A DNA stretch of 59,920 nt, counting the filler, from Dugesia japonica (Eukaryota), in NCBI GenBank assembly GCA_001938525.1. It is 5 parts of 5 records of this genome, joined end to end, with 100 filler letters (N's around TTAATTAATTAA, not from the genome) between each part and the next. Parts side by side here need not be neighbours in the genome. Positions count along the whole stretch, not along the records: positions 17,760 to 35,493 come from MQRL01574193.1; positions 35,594 to 45,471 come from MQRL01632027.1; 3 more parts are not named here. One strand, written 5' to 3'. Positions 27,201 to 39,690 of the stretch are shown here, piece after piece (within the stretch, counting starts at the first letter, position 1; each line of letters opens with the position of its first letter). A program made the translations under genes and the position numbers. The notes under the pieces are model-generated. The model did not search any database. It had not been told where the DNA came from and was given only the letters and a program-made list of their open reading frames with translations.

Positions 27201-30200
27201 AAAACTGATCCAACTAAAATAGAAGCAATTAAGAACTTTAGTAAACCAAAATGCTTTAACAAAATTAGAAGCTTTTTGGGAATTTGCAATTACTATCGCG
27301 AGTTTATTAAAGATTATTCGAAAAAGGCTAGATTACTAGAACAACTGTGTAGTGGGCCTAGTAACAAGAAAATTGAATGGGCGAATGAATCAGAAGAAGT
27401 TTTTAACGGAATGAAAGAAGCACTAATGATGTCTCCAATATTATGTTTTCCAGATATAAATAGAGGATTTATTTTGGACACGGATGCGAGTTTTTATACG
27501 ATTGGGGAAGTACTATCTCAAAAAGACAACAATGGACAAGAAAGAGTAATTGCAAATGGGTCACACGCAAGGACGAGTCATGAGAAATGATATTGTACGA
27601 CACGGAAAGAATTGATCGCAATTTACTACTTTTGTATTAATTTCAAACATTACTTATATGGATAGAGATTTATACTCAGAACAGACCATAAAGCCATCAC
27701 TTTTATGCTAAATACCAAGAAGCCGATTACATCACAGTTTCAAACCTGGATTAATTATTTGAGCAGTTTAGATATAAAATTGGAATATAGAAAANNATCG
27801 CTTCATACAAATGCGGATATGTTGTCAAGGAGTAAATGCGATACATGTGCACAATGTCTAATGTCACATAAAGATCCTAAAAGTGGAAAATTAAAAACAA
27901 TGATGTTAAATACAGTATATATTCAAGAAAAAGGCAACTTTGGTGAAAATGATGAAGGAACATGGATACCTGATGATAATGTAGAAGAAGTTATAATGAG
28001 GATACACCATCTTTTGTTTCATGCTGGAGCAAAAAAGGTAGCAGGGTATTTGAACCATAAATATAACGCGAAACATTTGTGGAGCAAAGTGCAAGAGGTT
28101 GTGTGAAGCTGTATAACATGCCAGAAAGCTAAAGTGTGGACAACAAAAACGAAGGAAGAAACCAAAAAGACGCAGTCAGTCGAAATGTTTGAACTGTTAT
28201 TTATAGATGTGTGTGGACCACTCCCGGAGACAAGTGGTCGGAAAAAATATNNNNNNNNNNNNNNNNNNNNNNNNNNNNNNNNNNNNNNNNNNNNNNNNNN
28301 NNNNNNNNNNNNNNNNNNNNNNNNNNNNNNNNNNNNNNNNNNNNNNNNNNNNNNNNNNNNNNNNNNNNNNNNNNNNNNNNNNNNNNNNNNNNNNNNNNNN
28401 NNNNNNNNNNNNNNNNNNNNNNNNNNNNNNNNNNNNNNNNNNNNNNNNNNNNNNNNNNNNNNNNNNNNNNNNNNNNNNNNNNNNNNTCGAGAGGCAGTTT
28501 AGAACTATGTGGGATATTATTAATGCAACGCTTAAAGAAAGGAAATTTTCAGATTGGGCGGATGTATTGCCAGAGATAGAATTTACCTTAAATGCTACAA
28601 AGAAGAAAACTATCGGGAAAAGCCCTGCTGAAATCTTATTTGGGAAGGAAATAAGCAGAGGAAAGTGGTATGAAACCAATACTCAAAGAGTGTACAAAGA
28701 ACAAGAANAAGAAATATTAACCAAAATACAATTCGAGATCGGTGATGAGGTCTTAGTGAAAGCTGAAACAAGAACCAAGATCGTTATGAAGGACCCTATA
28801 AGATCAAGAAGAATATTCATGACAAACGTTACATCCTTGAGGATACAAACGGGAAAATTCTTGAAAGAAACATAGAGAAAATCAAAAAAATTCTTAAAAG
28901 TGAGTGGTTTTGAAGTGAGTTGAAATTTTGGTGCTTTTATTTGGAATTATTTTTTTTTAAAAATCTCTTATTTGATAAAATGGAAGTCACAAATGATTCA
29001 ATAATATAAATTATTTAATTTAATTTTTTGTTAATTTTTCTTGTATTTCTTTTACTTTTGATTTATCTTTTTAATAATATATCCTGGTATTTATTTCTCA
29101 TTAAACATATTCAAAAAGTAATTTAAATTTTAAAAATATACAGTTTATTTGTTTTGATTTGAAATAAATAATAGCAGTGTAATTCATTATGCATTTGTAC
29201 TTAGAAATTTTACTAAAAATAGAAACAAAATAAGAAATCGTTCGACATCGTTAAACAATATCCATATATGGTGAAATATTTATTATATATTATTTATGCA
29301 CTAATTCTAGATTTGTGTCATAATCCATTAATATTTCGTCTATATAATTTTTTTCAAGAAAACGACAGTTTTTATTTTATATTTTAAATATAATCTCTAA
29401 AAATATGTTTTTTTTTTATAATGGCCCTTTGTGATATTTTATAAATAATATATAAAATATTAGTTAATATTAATATTGTTATGTGTATTCGATTTTTGCA
29501 TGTTGAGATTTTAATAATGTAACGTTTTATAAAATTTTCAATATTTAATTATTTATACATATATATGTATAATCCTGAGTATCTCAAGATTGGTAATACT
29601 GACACGTATTTCTGTTTTCTTTCTTTCATTTCAAATCGATTTTTTACATTTTTTTTAAAACCGAAGAATCGTTTTTGTCCTCGATTAGCCAGTTTGTAAA
29701 GTATTTTATTTATATCGGTTCAAAGAAACTCCAAATTATTTTTATTTTTGGAATTTTAATAATAATAAAATTTCTTGTTTGAAAATCTTTATATTGACAT
29801 ATTTTTTTATTATTTCAAAAATTAGTGAAAAAATATTTTATTTGAATATAGTATTTTAAGTAGTTTCTTTTAAATTCATTGTATAACCTCGTTAAAATGA
29901 GTAAAATTTATAAATTTTAATTTAATACAATATATTTTAAAATTTAATAAAATTTATGTTGAAGCCAAATATTATTTTAGAATAAAAAAAGCAGTATCAC
30001 TTATCCAATGACCAGTATTTTGAAAAATAAACACTCATTAAGTTTAAAATGGTCTGACAATGTAGTCATTTAAAATAACTTGCTTGTACAAATACATCGA
30101 CCAAAAATAAATACAATGCTTTTTTATGTGCAAATCTGCTGTGTCTGATGAATTTTCAATGAAATAATACCGAAGTAATTGACGATAAGAGAGTATTTAT

Positions 30201-33200
30201 CCAAAATACGACATGAAATGCAGTAATACATAATTACAGTAAAAATGATAAGTAACCTTAGCAATTACAGGGAAATATTGCCAAAATTATTTTGAAAAAA
30301 AGTTATTAGAGGTGAAATATTTCCCATCATGACATATTAATGGACAGGTATAAAAAATGAATAGATTTTTAAGCATTAAAGATTGCGTCACTCTGCCAAG
30401 TATTATAAACTAGGTTTGTTAAACGTTAAAATATCTTGGGATACAAGAAAAAATTAAGAATAACTTTGGAAATAATTAAAAGAATTTAATTTGCTATGAG
30501 AGCAAAGCATAATAGAATCCAAGGACGACGGCGCCCAAAAAATGAATATATATATATATAAATATATAATAAGATATGTTAGTAATGTAATATATTAATA
30601 TTAATAAAATTTGGATCCCAAAATAAATGAGAGTCAAATTCATTGATTATACTCATCAATTTTTATTTCATGCTGGATCGAAAAAAGTTCTTGAATATAT
30701 TTCGAGACAATTTGATATGGAAAATAAAACTGATATACTATATGAAACTGTACAAAGCTGTGAAAAATGTCAAGAAAAGAAAACTGTAACTTCAAAAACC
30801 AAAGAAGACATAATTAAAACGTGGTCTACAGATATATTTGAAATTATACATTTTGATTTTTGTGGACCGTTTAAAACCGCTAGAAATAGTAAAAAAAAAT
30901 ACATATTAGCTATTAAAGACCAATTTTACAATTTTTAGACCAATCTTATTAACATCGGTAATTGATCAAACTTAAAAATCTGTAGCAAATACATTAAAAA
31001 ATCAGTGGATTTTGAAATTTGGGCACCTACAATTATTATGTGATAGAGGAAGACCTTTAGAATCGAATTTGATTCGAGAATTGACAGAAAAACATGGAAT
31101 AGAGTAAAGTTCTCAAATCCGTATCATCATTCTAGTAATTGACAAATCGAAAGACAATTTCGAACTATAAGAGATTTCATTCATACAACATTACAACATA
31201 AAACGAATAAAGTTTGGACAGATATACTCCCAGAAGTAGAATTTATAATAAGTTCTACATATCAAAGTACATTAAAATTGAGCCTAGTGAAAATTGTATT
31301 TGGAAAGAAAATTTCGAAAGAATGGAATATTCATGAAAATGTAGAAGAGATACATGGAAATACAATAAAAAATCTCATTGGTCAAGATCAAATTAGTCAT
31401 AACATGTATATAACATGTAGACATTTTAAAATTGGAGACAAAGTTTTGGTAAAAAATATCGCTGCTAATAAAGATAAAGATAGGTATGAAAACCCAGGAA
31501 TAATATTTAAAAAGAGATATGATAGGAGTTATCACATTACATTTGAAAATGTTAAAATAGTTACCGGAAATGTAGAGTGGTTAAGAGCTTTTAAAAAGAT
31601 GAGGATATGAGGATATTTTATATTTATTATAAATCATTATTAAAATGGCATGTTGCATATGAGATCAATGTTTGTTTGTTGATTGAAATATTTTGATTGC
31701 TCAAATCATTATTACTTATATATTTATTTCTCCTTTTCTAGATTTTCATTAATAAATATGGTAATTAAACTGACTTCTAACAAAATTCATTGCTAGTTTT
31801 GAACCTATTATATATTATTGATGATAAAATATTAAATTTTGCTTATACTACTGATTATAATATATCTTTATATTCTGAAAGTGATATAAAAGATAACAAT
31901 GCAAGTTTTAGTGATAATTTCAGTTGTGTAAGTTATAATAATAAGAAAAATGTGTAATTAAAGATAGACAAATATTTAAAAAGACCTCGGGAAAATGTAA
32001 AGCATTTAAAAGATGTTAAAAGTGAAAGATTTCATTTTTCAGAAGTCTGTTTTTAAGTAGGATCCTGTAGAACTATATTTTCGTCTAAATTATAAAACAA
32101 GATGGAATTCCATATTNCCAACATTAGAAAGCTTAATTAAACTGAAGGGGTGTATTTAAAAGATTTAGAAGATAGATGCATCAAAATTTATACGGTAGTT
32201 TTACAGTTAAACAATATTGCTGATATCTTGAAATTATTAGAAATTGAAATAAATGAGTTGAGTAAAGAAGAAAATACAGTATTGACAACAGAAGATGTAT
32301 TAAAATTTCTATTTGAACAATTGAAAACGTACAATACAGAATTTAGCACTTAATAATTAAATAAAAGAATATTCATGCAAAAAATAAAATATTTATATAA
32401 TTATGCAAAGTCCTTCTAACTTTCTCAAGAGAGAAGACGAATTATAATATTTAACCAAAAATCAAATCGTTATTTTAATGGAGTAAAAAATCAATAACGA
32501 AGTCTTCAAAATCTTTATCTACTCCAATTTTAACGAAATAGATATTATGTATAAATATAAACCAAAATAAAGCAAATTATTGGTAAAAGAAATGAAGAAA
32601 AGAATGCTCTGTGTTTTACAAGATCAATGTACAAGCCAAACAAAATTTCCAGATAATATTTACCACAGAAACATTACAAAAAAGAATTTGAGCTTTTTAA
32701 ATTAATTGATACTAAAATTCTCAATTTAGAAAAGTTATTTACTTTTTTCAATATTCAGTTAACATCGACATTAAGCGAATGAGTATTTTAACCAGTATAA
32801 ATTATAAAAATGACCCAACAAAAATCACGATTACTCGGATATGTCATTTCCCATGTAAAAATGTTAACGCTAAACATTATTTGCATTGCAGGTTATTTGT
32901 ATTTAATGCCCAGCAATAAACTTTCTTAATTATATCAATTGTATATGTTGGGTTCCTTGTGTTTTACAATTTATATGACAAGTATAGATTGCTAATGCAT
33001 TATTGTATGTATAATACTATGAATATTACAATGTATGTAAAATTTGTAAATTGCCTTATTAATCCGTGTTTTTACTCAATTTTGGCCCTCCCAATCGTGT
33101 TTTTACGCATTTTTCGAAAGGTCAAGCGTGTTTATTTCAAAAAATTACCGTGCTGTTGGTTGGGCTCTAATTATAAGTATAAATACGTATAACATTATAC

Positions 33201-34800
33201 TGTTTTTATTATAAAAAATATATTGTATCATATTTTCGGATAATTTTTATTTTTCACAAANNNNNNNNNNNNNNNNNNNNCGATTGAAATTTGGTTTTTA
33301 TTATACAATTTTTTAGTGTCGGTTTCTATTTTGTAAAAAAGAATTTTGAAAACTCTATTTTGCTGTTATTTAATTAAATAATTTAATAAAATGATAAACA
33401 CTAGAAAGGTCAAACTTTTCAATTGCATGTTTTTTTTGCAAATAACTATTATTGATACTATTGTTGATATAAAATTACGTGACATCATTCTATGTGCATT
33501 CATAGTCTTCAAAAGTTTTTGATTTGGAAAGAATTAAAAAATGCATTTAGTGTTAAAATAATAAAAAATTATTTCTATTGATTCACAATTCATTTAATCT
33601 CATATGTACCAAATACAGTTAACTGAATATTATAATCAATTATTTATTTGATCACATGACAGTTTTAAAATATATTTATAATTTAGGCATTTGTCTGTTG
33701 TTGGTATTAAGTAAATATTTTTAAGAAATAATGTTTACNNNNNNNNNNNNNNNNNNNNNNNNNNNNNNNNNNNNNNNNNATTTATGTCAATGTATGATTT
33801 TGTTGAAAATTATAATTATTTCTTTTCAAATTTATTAATAAATCCGTTAATTAATCAAAAATTATGAACAAAAATTAATTTTCACAAATTAATCAAAATA
33901 GTTAAATATTTAAAAATTTAAATATCACATTTCTTTTGGAGATAAATAATGAAAATGCTTGAATTGCTAACATCATTTACCAAGATTAAAAATTTTTGTT
34001 GCATAAGATAAAAAATCGCACACATTTCAAAAACTAAAAAATTAAATCTATTGATAATTTTAAATTATTTTTGGGATCTAACATATGTTATTTACTTTTC
34101 GATATTAATATTAATCGATATTTTTAATAATTAGGAATTAATTAACAAAAAATATGGATCACATACTGCCACATACCTTCTGTTAAGTGAAAGATTACGA
34201 TTTCACAGACAAAGTTATCCACCTTTAAAACAAGATTATGTTAGCAATCATAGCTCTATAATCAATCAATCACATTTGAAGCCCGAAGCGCATAACCCTA
34301 TTAAATTTGTCCCAGACAATAGTCAGTTTAAACCGTGCCTTTCAGATTTAGTGGAAAACATTGATACAGTCTTTCAAAGAGTCCAGATAAATGATAAAAA
34401 ATTCTCTCCTCAGAATGACAGGTGTTCTCCTTATGAAAATATTAAAACGAATTGTGTCGCAAATGTCACTGAAAACAATTTTACTAATAATCATTCTCCA
34501 AAACTTGATGTCAGAGAAAATTTTGTGCAATCAAAGAGAGACAATCAGCCCAGTGAACGTAATGAATTTCAGCAAAGTGTACATAGAAGAAACACTTCAT
34601 CCGTAATTGTGGATGTTATAATTCCCCATGAACAAGTTATAAAAGAAATTACTAGTGAAAATCAGAAAAGTTCTTTATTGGCTTTTCAAATGAATGAAAG
34701 AATACAAATTCTTTCGACAAATGAAGCAGCTAATTCTCCAGAATACATTATTTCTTATCCTAGAGAATATTTTCCTTCTAGAAATCAGACAAATATTGCA
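20731..34800 (+). CDS. SIK: SIK (salt-inducible, AMPK-related kinase) family, UBA and C-terminal exons, partial
   Basis: Exons 20731-20802 (DFDFNEHAIQIMERCGINRAEICE) and 34135-34800 (ELINKKYGSHTATYLLLSERLRFHRQSYP...RRNTS), both phase 0 with AG/GT. They join to match the SIK UBA pattern (FNE..M..GI...L.NK.Y....A.Y.LL.ERL..HR.S.P). Kinase-domain exons not found in this scaffold. Confidence 0.75.
21012..21200. repeat. (TAT)n microsatellite
   Basis: Direct sequence, interrupted by an N gap. Confidence 0.95.
23015..23245 (-). mobile_element. Palindromic pLTR-like element, copy D (best-preserved hairpin)
   Basis: Tail 23017-23065. Arms ~23078-23151 and ~23161-23240 are reverse complements around a ~10-nt loop. 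Confidence 0.8.
23161..23197 (+). ncRNA. Minimal type-I hammerhead ribozyme motif
   Basis: Helix I TAATTC/GAAATA (one mismatch); core CTGACGA 23167-23173; extra A; helix II GAC-AAA-GTC; GAAA 23184-23187; palindromic AATT helix III; predicted cleavage after UUC at 23191. Confidence 0.7.
23369..23615. mobile_element. Tigger/pogo-like MITE remnants
   Basis: TA-CACCCAAACTTCACTTAACACG ... CATGTTAAGTGAAGGATGGGTG-TA (23369-23439) and a second right TIR CCGTGTTAAGCGAGGGATGGTG-TA ending 23615. Confidence 0.6.
25713..25894. mobile_element. 182-bp hAT MITE with 8-bp TSD
   Basis: GTTTAGAT direct repeat at 25705-25712 and 25895-25902; imperfect TIRs CAGCGCTTAAAC / TTTAAGAAGCATG. Confidence 0.7.
25995..28910 (+). 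mobile_element. Ty3/Gypsy pol (PR, RT, RNase H, INT), pseudogenised, in SIK intron
   Basis: LLDTGA, RLCLDFRQLN, VYxDD, LDTDAS, NADMLSR, HHCC zinc finger (H.GAKK..C..CQ), IDVCGP, ERQFRT, WADVLP..SPAE. Order PR-RT-RH-INT. Confidence 0.95.
30600..31620 (+). mobile_element. Ty3/Gypsy integrase fragment with 3' end
   Basis: HQFLFHAG..CEKCQ, DFCGPF, CDRG, ERQFRTIRD, FKIGDKVLVK, NVEWLR. A purine tract follows at ~31595-31610. Confidence 0.85.
32060..33169 (+). mobile_element. hAT transposase C-terminal remnant with possible right terminus
   Basis: TRWNS at ~32097-32111, helical ORF 32150-32353, KKEFELF...NLEKLF..TSTLSE*VF (dimerisation-domain PTS..SER.FS like). Subterminal CGTGTTT repeats; ends GGTTGGGCTCTA. 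Confidence 0.6.
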
Positions 34801-35493
34801 GTGAGTTATTTATGATTTGTTGTAATTTCATCTTTTTTTGCATCTTAAATTATTATTTTAATTTACTATTTGATTTCGGTTTTAATTAGTGGCTTTTATG
34901 TTGCTATATTAAGGCAGATTCATATTTGTTGTATATCAATAGAGATTTAATATTATTAACTAATGTAACATTCATTATCCACTAACTTTACCATAACAAT
35001 TTAATCATTACCAAATTTATATCAAGTTTCTTCTTTGAAATTACTTTCCAAAATGTATAACCTTCTTCTAATAATTTCTTGTAACAATTTCGTACTGAAT
35101 AAACTTTAAAAATTATTTCATTTAAAAATCACAGAAATTTAAATTATTTAAAATTTTACACTATAAAATAAATTTTAATCATTAAAACAATATTTTTAAA
35201 ATTAAAATATATTTAAAATCATGTAAATATTTTAGTTTTGTTAATTATAAATATTTTTTATTACAATCTTAGTAATATTAAATTTTTGATGTACTAAAAT
35301 TTTAGTTATATTTAACATTTTTTAAAAGGGTTAAAATTTGTAATATATGTAAAAAGTTGGAATAAAATACTTTTATTTTTTAAAAAGAAATTCAAAATAT
35401 AAATAATGTTTAATTCTTTTTTTCTGTGAGAAAGGTTTTCAAACTATTTGCGATTAAAGTTTTTGAAAAATATTAATTTATTTTTTAATAATA

Positions 35494-35593
35494 NNNNNNN
35501 NNNNNNNNNNNNNNNNNNNNNNNNNNNNNNNNNNNNNTTAATTAATTAANNNNNNNNNNNNNNNNNNNNNNNNNNNNNNNNNNNNNNNNNNNN
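35494..35593. other. Artificial scaffold linker
   Basis: TTAATTAATTAA at 35538-35549 flanked by 44 N each side. Confidence 0.95.
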
Positions 35594-35978
35594 CATCAGC
35601 AATTGTAAAAATAATTAATCTGTTATAGCTGTCTAGCTATAATAGAAGGTGTAAGAACGGTTCTTCTCAGTTTCATCTATCAGGGGTAACAAGTTTTTCG
35701 CTTTAAAATTTGAGATGAATTTGTCATTGACGGAGTCTCGAGAACTCCTGGAAAGCAGTGAAATCTCTTTAAATTGAAATTAATTAAAGTTCAAAACAAT
35801 TTATGGTACCAATGACCTTGACCTACTTTTTAGTTGCTATAGAAACGACCTTGACCTAGTTTCCGTTGCTAAGGATGGTTGACATGGAAACGACCTTGAC
35901 CTACATTGGTTGTGATGGCAACGGGGAATTGGTACCCCCCTTCTGTCCTCTGTCCTCATGTCCTCCTTTCCTACTACT
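35594..35978 (-). mobile_element. Polinton terminus (5'-AGTAGTAG family)
   Basis: Ends ...CCTACTACT at 35978 (revcomp AGTAGTAGG, the canonical Polinton AGT-repeat end); GC-richer subterminal repeats; adjacent to Polinton genes. Confidence 0.65.
35813..35922. promoter_or_regulatory. Alternating nuclear-receptor (GACCTTGACCTA x3) and RFX X-box-like motifs (x3-4)
   Basis: (T)GACCTTGACCTA at 35813, 35847, 35892; GTTGCTATAGAAAC 35833, GTTGACATGGAAAC 35878, GTTGTGATGGCAAC 35909. Confidence 0.55.
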
Positions 35979-36017
35979 AAGATAGAATACCAGACGAAAT
36001 AAATACTGCGTATAGTA

Positions 36018-36221
36018 TTGTTGAATGGTATTAAGAAAATATTAATAATTCTGATAAAAAATAAAGATGAAAATATAAATGAGGAAAATAAAATTGATGT
36101 TAAATTTTCTAATAAACTGAAGATATTATTTATTGTGATAATCTTCCTAAAAAATAAAAGGAATTTAGTAATATTTGATGATGTATTAAATATGAAAAAT
36201 CAAGACTTAATACTTGAATAA
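36018..36221 (+). pseudogene. Polinton A32-like packaging ATPase fragment (Walker B)
   Basis: KNKRNLVIFDDVLNMKNQDLI resembles the Polinton ATPase hhhhDD motif; Polinton context. Confidence 0.5.
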
Positions 36222-36569
36222 ATTGAATGATTATATTCATTAACTATTTTATCTAATAATGCTTTATTCCAATCCTGTTTCCCAATTGATGTAAAATATT
36301 TAAACATTTTACTTTTCCATGTTTTTAATTATCTTTCAGCAAAAACAGATTTACCTTCAATCTCTGTGTGATATAATTTAATATTATTTTCATTAAGAAA
36401 TTTATCAAAGTATTTTGATTTTATTGCTGATTATTTATCAAACCAGATATAATGAGGTATTCTATTATTTCCTCCAAATATGTTTTCATAAGCTTCTCTT
36501 AAATATTCTTGAGTTTTATTTATCATTGGAATACAAAAAGCGTATCTTGTATATAGATCAATACAAACT

Positions 36570-36604
<35 letters not shown>

Positions 36605-37171
36605 TTATCAGTAGATTTTTAACCATATCTGCAATATTGCATCCTTATGTGTGATCTTTATTATGTATTTGTACTTTTAAAAATCTCTTTGTTTTCAATA
36701 TTCATGATGTAATTCAGATGCATAATTTATTTGATCTTCTCGGGGTTCAATAATTTTAGTATTGCTATCTTTTTCTACGCGTTCTTGCGTAGCCTGTTCA
36801 ATAATCTTTTGATTAGCTATATTTTTAATTTGTCTTTCTAATCCTCCTCCAACTAATATTTTGCATTTCATAGCTAATTTTACTAAAACTCTTTGAATCT
36901 TTTTTTTAAATGAAGGACTTTCTATAATATTTAAGTCATTAATTAAATTGCCATCAGCAATATGTATGTCTCTCAAATCTTTTGATTTATATGCAATATC
37001 GTGTTTTAATGTTGCTGCATCAACTTTATTTATAGGTTCTTCTTCTGGTAAAGTATTATTATTTTCATATAATCTATAATCTAATCTTGTATGTGGACCG
37101 GTATAATTATGTCTAATATAATGTCTTTCACCAGGATATTTTTCAAACGTAAATGATTTTAATAATAATTG
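36210..37171 (-). pseudogene. Polinton PLA2-like domain fused to retroviral-type (rve) integrase
   Basis: Open frame 37171-36695: ERHYIRHNYTGPHTRL..PINKVDAATLKHDIAY..IADGNL..ASELH. After a stop/frameshift: YILVCIDLYTRYAFCIPM, IPHYIWFDK, KSVFAER*LKTWKSKMFKYFT, W..LLDKIVNEYN. Confidence 0.88.
36572..36602. repeat. (TA)n microsatellite inside integrase
   Basis: Expansion at the Tyr-Ile codons of the KYIL motif. Confidence 0.9.
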
Positions 37172-37380
37172 TTATGTAATTTTTATTTTTTATTGTGTAG
37201 GTGTGTACATGTCTGCATGCATAAAGTTAAGATTTCTATAATAAATTATTAATTACAGAATGAGATGTCAATAATAAAAATTGACACAATTAATAATTAA
37301 AAATTTCAGATTTAAAAAAATATATCTTGGCAACCGCCGAAATTTTAAAGAAAATTAATAATAAGCGGTAGGAAATAATA

Positions 37381-37635
37381 ATAATCATCTTGTGACAAGT
37401 ATTATTGTATCCACTACTACTATAGAAAACCTTTATCAAACAAGCTGCAAATCAAAAGTTATCCTCTATCCAAAAAGAAACAGAAAGTTCTGAAGTAATC
37501 CTCTATTCAAAAAGAAACATTTAAAAGGGAATCATAATCATCTTGTGACAAGTATTATTGTATCCACTACTACTATAGGAAACCTTTACCAAACCAGCTG
37601 CAAATCAAAAGTTATCCTCTATCCAAAAAGAAACA
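37381..37635. repeat. ~153-bp spaced direct repeat next to gap (insertion within Polinton)
   Basis: ATAATCATCTTGTGACAAG...CCAAAAAGAAACA at 37381-37482 and 37534-37635. Confidence 0.8.
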
Positions 37636-38235
37636 NNNNNNNNNNNNNNNNNNNNNNNNNNNNNNNNNNNNNNNNNNNNNNNNNNNNNNNNNNNNNNNNN
37701 NNNNNNNNNNNNNNNNNNNNNNNNNNNNNNNNNNNNNNNNNNNNNNNNNNNNNNNNNNNNNNNNNNNGCTGTCCCAACTCTGATACAGGAGACGCTGCCG
37801 GGTTCTACATTACTTCCTAACGTACAAAATAATCAAAACAATAACAAGCCAGGTTAATTATAAAATAAACAAGGACTTTAAAATTACAAATTAAACAATA
37901 AAATTAATATAAAGAATAAAATACAACAGATATAATAATATAGTAACCTTATAATAATGAAGTAACTTTAGAAAATTGAATATCTCTATCAGTTTTCTCC
38001 CATGGGAAATAGTTAATTACTGGTTTATCTATTGGTTTATTATTTTGCAACGCTTCACATTTAGTCATCAGAGATGACGTTTTTATAATTATTTTTCTAC
38101 AGGTGAATTATGATTTCTAATATGTTTATCTATTCTTTCTTGTGTAGCTTTATTTTTGCGTAAACTAGAATAATTACGTACATTACAGTACCAATTTAGA
38201 TCACTCGTTTTTATTTACTTATTTATTTATAAAAA

Positions 38236-39690
38236 TTAGGCATCTCCTTTAACGTTTTCTATTATTTCTATTTTAACTCCGCTTAATCTCATTTCAATTT
38301 TCTTTTATTCAAGAATTAAACAGTATAATTTAGCTTTGAAACCTGTATCTTTTGTACAATGTAAAGTTACATCAACATTATTAATCATCAATTTATCGTC
38401 TTGTGCTGATATATCAATACAAAATATTGGATAGCATTTATTGAAATCTTGTAAACTAAGTTGTGGTTTAACTTTAAATTCTTTACAAAAATTTACATAT
38501 GAACTAAAAGGAAATATCATTTTGTTATTTGCTACATTAAACTCCATTCTGTTGACTCGATAAATATGTATTATTTAACTGTATTTGTATTGATTTTGAA
38601 CTATTATTTTCACTTTGGACTATAAATAAATTATTATTTATTTGAAAAGAAATATCTGTATTTTTAAAACCAATTAAAATAGATCTAGGTCTATAAGCTA
38701 AATTTGCTAATTTAAATAAATATGTTGATCCATCGCACAAATCAATAATAGAACAAATTCTATTTAAATAATTTGAATATATAGATTTATTTGAGTTTAG
38801 TCTTTCTAATAGACTTACTTCTGATCTTGGATTAAGCATCTTCTACTAGTCTGTTGCATATTAATTCGATAAATATATTATGTAATACTCTATCGTAATT
38901 CTGTAGAAAACCGAATAAATATTTTAAGTCAAAATATGCTTCAAATTTCTTTGTGGCATTATATAATAATTTTCTTTTATAATAACCAATATTAATATCT
39001 TCTCTTGAAACATCGTTTGTTCTAGCAATGTTATCTATCCAGTCATTCCACCATATTCTTTTTTACAATCAGTATCACTTAAAATAAAGTTTAACATAGA
39101 TGAATATACTCCTGGATTTAAAACTGATTCTACTTCTGTTGAACCTCATTTCAATCTTATATTATTAAACAAATTAGGAAAGAAATTATTTTCTAAACTT
39201 ATATCACTTTATCTATAGTAAGTGTTATTTCAATTTTATAATATAACCGTGCGTTACAAATATCTAAATGATTCAATGATTGTAATGATTGAAAAACAAT
39301 TTCTCCTGATTTATTTAGGTTAGAAATAGAACCAGATGTTGAAGAAATCTTTAATATATCGTTTTTCTTAATGTCGTGTTTGAATTCTTTATTGTAGTTT
39401 AAATTTAGTTTAGATTTGTGTTCAAATGTAGCCGATTTATTAATCTTATTATAATATTTATTTTTCTCAAAGATTTTATTTAAAGCAAATGTTGTCAGAA
39501 TAAGATTATCATCTTGTTCAATTTCATTTCGATCAAAAACATAATTATCTTCATATTCAATATAATCTTTATGTTCATTTAATTTAAAATTTTCATAATT
39601 AAATTGTAACCCTATATCAGTATTTCTTTGATGAAAATAATCGATTACGGACTGTGGAGCGAGTTCAAATCCTTTAAATTGTTTACTCAT
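38236..39690 (-). pseudogene. Polinton/adintovirus double-jelly-roll major capsid protein
   Basis: Frameshifted segments NLNKSGEIVF, LENNFFPNLFNNIRL, LNPGVYSSM, LKYLFGFLQNYDRV, RPRSILIGF, IQLNNTY, LSLQDFNKCYPIFCIDISAQDDKL, LYCLILE follow Polinton MCP motif order. Confidence 0.8.
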
